From positions 310,001 through 374,000 of the forward strand of contig NIVC01000013.1 of the NCBI GenBank assembly GCA_002269645.1: a stretch of 64,000 nucleotides of DNA, in the 5' to 3' direction. This document shows, in pieces, positions 55,368-64,000 of the stretch. This DNA is from Macrostomum lignano. Its lineage: Eukaryota. A program made the position numbers and the translations under genes. Under the pieces are notes generated by a model. That model was not told the origin of the DNA, searched no databases, and saw only the letters and a program-made list of their open reading frames with translations. Each line of letters begins with the position of its first letter. The first letter of the stretch is position 1.

Positions 55368-58300
55368 AGATGGGAGATACTGGGATGGGAGATACTGGGA
55401 TGGGAGATACTGAGATGGGAGATACTGAGATGGGAGATACTGAGATGGGAGATACTGACATGAGAGATACTCAGAGATTGAGATTGGAGATACTCAGAGA
55501 TTGAGATGGGAGATACTGAGATGGGAGATACTGAGATGGGAGATACTGAGATGGGAGATACTGAGATGGGGGATACTGAGATGGGAGATACTGAGATGGG
55601 AGATACTGAGATGGGAGATACTGAGATGGGAGATACTGAGATGGGGGATACTGAGATGGGAGATACTGAGATGGGAGATACTGAGATGGGAGATACTGAG
55701 ATGGGAGATACTGAGATGGGAGATACTGACATGGGAGATACTCAGAGATTGAGATGGGAGATACTCAGAGATTGAGATGGGGGATACTCTGAGATTGAGA
55801 TGGGAGATACTCAGAAATTGAGATGGGAGATACTCAGAAATTGAGATGAGAGATACTCAGAGATTGAGATGGGAGATACTCAGAAATTGAGATGGGGGAT
55901 ACTCAGAGATTGAGATGGGAGATACTCAGAGATTGAGATGGGAGATACTGAGATGGGAGATACTCAGGGATTGAGATGGGAGATACTCAGAAATTGAAAT
56001 GGAGATCTCAGAAATTGAGATGAGAGATACTCAGAGATTGAGATGGGAGATACTCAGAAATTGAGATGGGAGATACTCAGAGGTTGAGATGGGAGATACT
56101 CAGAGGTTGAGATGGGAGATACTCAGAAATTGAGATGAGAGATACTCAGAGGTTGAGATGGGAGATACTCAGAAATTGAGATGGGAGATACTCAGAAATT
56201 GAGATGGGAGATACTCAGAGGTTGAGATGGGAGATACTCAGAGATTGAGATGGGAGATACTCAGAAATTGAGATGGGAGATACTGAGATGAGAGATACTC
56301 AGAGATTGAGATGGGAGATACTCAGAAATTGAGATGGGAGATACTGAGATGAGAGATACTCAGAGGTTGAGATGGGAGATACTCAGAGATTGAGATGGGA
56401 GATACTCAGAGGTTGAGATGGGAGATACTCAGAGATTGAGATAGGAGATACTCAGAGATTGAGATAGGAGATACTCAGAGATTGAGATGGGAGATACTCA
56501 GAGATTGAGATGGGAGATACTCAGAGATTGAGATGGGAGATACTCAGAGGTTGAGATGGGAGATACTCAGAGATTGAGATGGGAGATACTCAGAGATTGA
56601 GATGGGAGATACTCAGAGGTTGAGATGGGAGATACTCAGAGATTGAGATGGGAGATACTCAGAAATTGAGATGGGAGATACTCAGAGGTTGAGATGGGAG
56701 ATACTCAGAGATTGAGATGGGAGATACTCAGAAATTGAGATGGGAGATACTGAGATGAGAGATACTCAGAGATTGAGATGGGAGATACTCAGAAATTGAG
56801 ATGGGAGATACTGAGATGAGAGATACTCAGAGGTTGAGATGGGAGATACTCAGAGATTGAGATGGGAGATACTCAGAGGTTGAGATGGGAGATACTCAGA
56901 GATTGAGATAGGAGATACTCAGAGATTGAGATAGGAGATACTCAGAGATTGAGATGGGAGATACTCAGAAATTGAGATGGGAGATACTCAGAAATTGAGA
57001 TGAGAGATACTCAGAGATTGAGATGGGAGATACTCAGAAATTGAGATGGGAGATACTGAGATGAGAGATACTCAGAGGTTGAGATGGGAGATACTCAGAG
57101 GTTGAGATGGGAGATACTCAGAGGTTGAGATGGGAGATACTCAGAAATTGAGATGAGAGATACTCAGAGGTTGAGATGGGAGATACTCAGAAATTGAGAT
57201 GGGAGATACTCAGAAATTGAGATGGGAGATACTCAGAGGTTGAGATGGGAGATACTCAGAGATTGAGATGGGAGATACTCAGAAATTGAGATGGGAGATA
57301 CTGAGATGAGAGATACTCAGAGATTGAGATGGGAGATACTCAGAAATTGAGATGGGAGATACTGAGATGAGAGATACTCAGAGGTTGAGATGGGAGATAC
57401 TCAGAGATTGAGATGGGAGATACTCAGAGGTTGAGATGGGAGATACTCAGAGATTGAGATAGGAGATACTCAGAGATTGAGATAGGAGATACTCAGAGAT
57501 TGAGATGGGAGATACTCAGAGATTGAGATGGGAGATACTCAGAGATTGAGATGGGAGATACTCAGAGGTTGAGATGGGAGATACTCAGAGATTGAGATGG
57601 GAGATACTCAGAGATTGAGATGGGAGATACTCAGAAATTGAGATGAGAGATACTCAGAGATTGAGATGGGAGATACTCAGAAATTGAGATGGGAGATACT
57701 CAGAGGTTGAGATGGGAGATACTCAGAGATTGAGATGGGAGATACTCAGAAATTGAGATGGGAGATACTGAGATGAGAGATACTCAGAGATTGAGATGGG
57801 AGATACTCAGAAATTGAGATGGGAGATACTGAGATGAGAGATACTCAGAGGTTGAGATGGGAGATACTCAGAGATTGAGATGGGAGATACTCAGAGGTTG
57901 AGATGGGAGATACTCAGAGATTGAGATAGGAGATACTCAGAGATTGAGATAGGAGATACTCAGAGATTGAGATGGGAGATACTCAGAAATTGAGATGGGA
58001 GATACTCAGAAATTGAGATGGGAGATACTCAGAAATTGAGATGGGAGATACTCAGAAATTGAGATGGGAGATACTCAGAGATTGAGATGGGAGATACTCA
58101 GAGATTGAGATGGGAGATACTCAGAGATTGAGATGGGAGATACTCAGAGATTGAGATGGGAGATACTCAGAGATTGAGATGGGAGATACTGAGATGGGAG
58201 ATACTGAGATGAGAGATACTCAGAGATTGAGATGGGAGATACTCAGAGATTGAGATGGGAGATACTGAGATGGGAGATACTGAGATGGGAGATACTGAGA

Positions 58301-58725
58301 TGAGAGATATACTCAGAGATTGAGATGGGAGATACTCAGAGATTGAGATGGGAGATACTCAGAGATTGAGATGGGAGATACTCAGAAATTGAGATGAGAG
58401 ATACTCAGAAATTGAGATGGGAGATACTCAGAGATTGAGATAGGAGATACTCAGAGATTGAGATGGAAGATACTCAGAGATTGAGATGGGAGATACTCAG
58501 AGATTGAGATAGGAGATACTCAGAGATTGAGATAGGAGATACTCAGAGATTGAGATGGGAGATACTCAGAAATTGAGATGGGAGATACTCAGAAATTGAG
58601 ATGGGAGATACTCAGAAATTGAGATGGGAGATACTCAGAAATTGAGATGGGAGATACTCAGAAATTGAGATGAGAGATACTCAGAGGTTGAGATGGGAGA
58701 TACTCAGAAATTGAGATGGGAGATA
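55368..58725. repeat. 15-bp (GAGATGGGAGATACT) then 23-bp (GAGATGGGAGATACTCAGAGATT) satellite with higher-order structure
   Basis: 3.3-kb array; diagnostic variants recur at 467/551-bp spacing. Confidence 0.97.
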
Positions 58726-58971
58726 CGAAGACTAAGACAGAAGACGGGAGGAGAGAATTGAAAAACGGAGACAGCAAGACCAGCAGAATCTTACATCACT
58801 TTTCGAGTATCTTACTGAGAGTAGTCAGCAAAGAAAACATATTTGCTTGATGATTCACTAGTTTTATTTCTTAGTCAATTTTGTTGATTCGAAGACAGAG
58901 AGAAAAGCGTTGACAGTTATTCTAAGCTTCCACTCGGTGCAGATCTCAGTTTGTTCAAATCATTGTGCAAT

Positions 58972-60917
<1,946 letters not shown>

Positions 60918-61242
60918 AGTGCTCAGTTGAGTAGTTCTCAGCATTGCCTGGTGCCTCTGTGCTCCGCAGTGATGACGAATGGTAAGATTCCCAAGACTTG
61001 GAGCCGGGTGAAGCCTATTTGTAGCGGAAAAGTGGTTGGGAAGTTTTCCGAAATTAATATTTTATTGCCTTTTAAAGCATTGACCCAACTTTTCGACTAA
61101 ACTGATCAACATTTAATTACTGATTTATTGCTATCTAAAACGGTTGAATGAAACTTTATTTTAAATTTTACTTCATTCAGCTCAGTTCTGACTGTCATTT
61201 GTAGCTTTGAATCCTGCAAATATACGGGCTATTGAACTGCTG

Positions 61243-62818
61243 TCTGCCTCACTGGTGTCTCACTGCTGTCTCTCAGGTGTCTCACTGCTGTCTCACTGCT
61301 GTCTCTCAGGTGTCTCACTGCTGTCTGCCTCACTGGTGTCTCACTGCTGTCTCTCAGGTGTCTCACTGCTGTCTCACTGCTGTCTCTCAGGTGTCTCACT
61401 GCTGTCTCTCAGGTGTCTCATTGCTGTCTCTCAGGTGTCTCACTGCTGTCTCACTGCTGTCTCACTGCTGTCTCACTGCTGTCTCTCAGGTGTCTCACTG
61501 CTGTCTCTCAGGTGTCTCACTGCTGTCTCTCAGGTGTCTCACTGCTGTCTCACTGCTGTCTCACTGCTGTCTCACTGCTGTCTCTCAGGTGTCTCACTGC
61601 TGTCTCTCAGGTGTCTCACTGCTGTCTCTCAGATGTCTCACTGCTGTCTCTCAGGTGTCTCACTGCTGTCTCACTGCTGTCTCTCAGGTGTCTCACTGCT
61701 GTCTCACTGCTGTCTCACTGCTGTCTCTCAGGTGTCTCACTGCTGTCTCTCAGGTGTCTCACTGCTGTCTCTCAGATGTCTCACTGCTGTCTCTCAGGTG
61801 TCTCACTGCTGTCTCACTGCTGTCTCTCAGGTGTCTCACTGCTGTCTCTCAGGTGTCTCACTGCTGTCTCTCAGATGTCTCACTGCTGTCTCTCAGGTGT
61901 CTCACTGCTGTCTCACTGCTGTCTCTCAGGTGTCTCACTGCTGTCTCTCAGGTGTCTCATTGCTGTCTCTCAGGTGTCTCACTGCTGTCTCACTGCTGTC
62001 TCACTGCTGTCTCACCTCTCTCTTACAGGTATCTCACTGGTGTCTCACTGCTGTCTCTCAGGTGTCTCACTGCTGTCTCTCAGGTGTCTCACTGCTGTCT
62101 CTCAGGTGTCTTACTGCTGTCTCTCAGGTGTCTCACTGCTGTCTCTCAGGTGTCTCACTGCTGTCTCTCAGATGTCTCACTGCTGTCTCTCAGGTGTCTC
62201 ACTGCTGTCTCACTGCTGTCTCACTGCTGTCTCACCTCTCTCTTACAGGTATCTCACTGGTGTCTCACTGCTGTCTCTCAGGTGTCTCACTGCTGTCTCT
62301 CAGGTGTCTCACTGCTGTCTCTCAGGTGTCTCACTGCTGTCTCTCAGGTGTCTCACTGGTGTCTCACTGGTGTCTCACTGGTGTCTCACAGGTATCTCAC
62401 TGGTGTCTCACTGGTGTCTCACAGGTGTCTTACAGGTATCTCACTGCTGTCTAACTGGTGTCTTACAGGTATCTCACTGGTGTCTCACTGGTGTCTCACT
62501 AGTGTCTCACTGGTGTCTTACTGTTGTCTCACTGCTTTCTAACTGGTGTCTCACAGGTATCTAACTGGTGTCTCACTGGTGTCTCACTGGTGTCTCACTG
62601 CTGTCTCACAGGTATCTCACTGGTGTCTCACTGGTGTCTCACTGGTGTCTCACTGGTGTCTCACTGGTGTCTCACTGGTGTCGCACTGGTGTCTTACTGT
62701 TGTCTCACCGCTGTCTAACTGGTATCTCACAGGTATCTCACAGGTGTCTTACTGTTGTCTCACTGCTGTCTCACAGGTATCTCACTGGTGTCTCACTGGT
62801 ATCTCAATGCTGTCTCAC
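61243..62818. repeat. 11/22-bp minisatellite TCTCACTGCTG / TCTCTCAGGTG
   Basis: Mixed 11-mers; source of the Cys/Leu-rich pseudo-ORFs. Confidence 0.96.
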
Positions 62819-63334
62819 TATTGGGTTAATATTATGCCTATTCGCAGCTCAAGTTTTAATTACTTAATGCAAATCGCAAACAGACAGGACCTGCTTAGCT
62901 CTTTGTCCTGCTATCTGGAGCATCCAGTCCTGAGGATGCGAGGCGAACTGATCCGATTCGCTCATAAGCCCGACACGTTCAGGCTATAAAATGCTCAGGT
63001 TTCTATTAATTAGGCTAACCAGCTCTCAGATATAGTTTTTTTTCTTGAGCCGTGCGCAGACACTGGGAAATTCGGGGGCTTAAATCCTTCGCTAAGCCGA
63101 GCCGCGAGCTGGTCCCGTTTGTTGCACGCTCTCCAAATCTCAATAGAGATGATGCTTGGAATGGGAGGCCAAGTCACGGGATAATCTGGACGAATACTGT
63201 TCGAAGTATAGTTAAACCCAATTTCATTGCGACGTGCATCAGAACATGCAATAGGCTGTTAGACCTCGGGATGTTAACCCATGCCTGTTTGTTAGGTACG
63301 AAATATAATCTGTTAAACACGTACCTCTTAGACA

Positions 63335-64000
63335 CGGGAATGCTACCTGTTAGACAGTAAATGCTACCTGTTATACAGGGAATGCTACCTGTTAGACACG
63401 GGAATGCTACCTGTTAGACAGGGAATGCTACCTGTTAGACAGTAAATGCTACCTGTTAGACACAGAATGCTACCTGTTAGACAGGGAATGCTACCTGTTA
63501 GACAGGGAATGCTACCTGTTAAACACGGGAATGCTACCTGTTAGACACGGGAATGCTACCTGTTAGACACGGAATGCTTACCTGTTAGACACGGGAATGC
63601 TACCTGTTAGACACGGAATGCTACCTGTTAGACACGGGAATGCTACCTGTTAGACACGGAATGCTTACCTGTTAGACACGGGAATGCTACCTGTTAGACA
63701 CGGAATGCTACCTGTTAGACAGTAAATGCTACCTGTTAGACAGTAAATGCTACCTGTTATACAGGGAATGCTACCTGTTAGACAGGGAATGCTACCTGTT
63801 AGACACGGGAATGCTACCTGTTAGACACGGGAATGCTACCTGTTAGACACGGAATGCTACCTGTTAGACACGGGAATGCTACCTGTTAGACACGGAATGC
63901 TACCTGTTAGACACGGGAATGCTACCTGTTAGACACGGAATGCTACCTGTTAGACACGGGAATGCTACCTGTTAGACACGGAATGCTTACCTGTTAGACA
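63335..64000. repeat. 21-22-bp minisatellite GAATGCTACCTGTTAGACACGG
   Basis: Tandem copies to window end. Confidence 0.96.

Overview
Repeat-rich animal genomic DNA with GT-AG introns, GC-rich exons in AT-rich or satellite-filled introns, and TTAGGG-like repeats. The style suggests an invertebrate, possibly a flatworm; that is inference only. Bases 1-20227 are a head-to-tail array of six non-autonomous Helitron units on the minus strand, from two families (B-A-B-A-A-A), each carrying internal satellites and a tRNA-like cassette. Next is a glycine-rich (ALK/LTK-type) pseudogene split by a 1.9-kb solo-LTR-like insertion. Five protein-coding genes were reconstructed by hand. (1) A 6-exon AK5-like adenylate kinase with degenerate catalytic motifs and three C-terminal IQ motifs (+). 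(2) A 2-exon predicted N-myristoylated acidic repeat protein ending in an AKAP-like helix, with one in-frame TAG (-). (3) An intronless LRR-FN3 type I membrane protein (-). (4) A 4-coding-exon YAP/Yorkie orthologue (+). (5) A 2-exon, 97-aa neuropeptide precursor absent from the ORF track, which would release seven copies of the tetrapeptide FADF, resembling achatin GFAD (-). The rest is micro/minisatellite, one mariner-type MITE and a 126-bp dispersed repeat. All calls are from reading the sequence; no searches were run.
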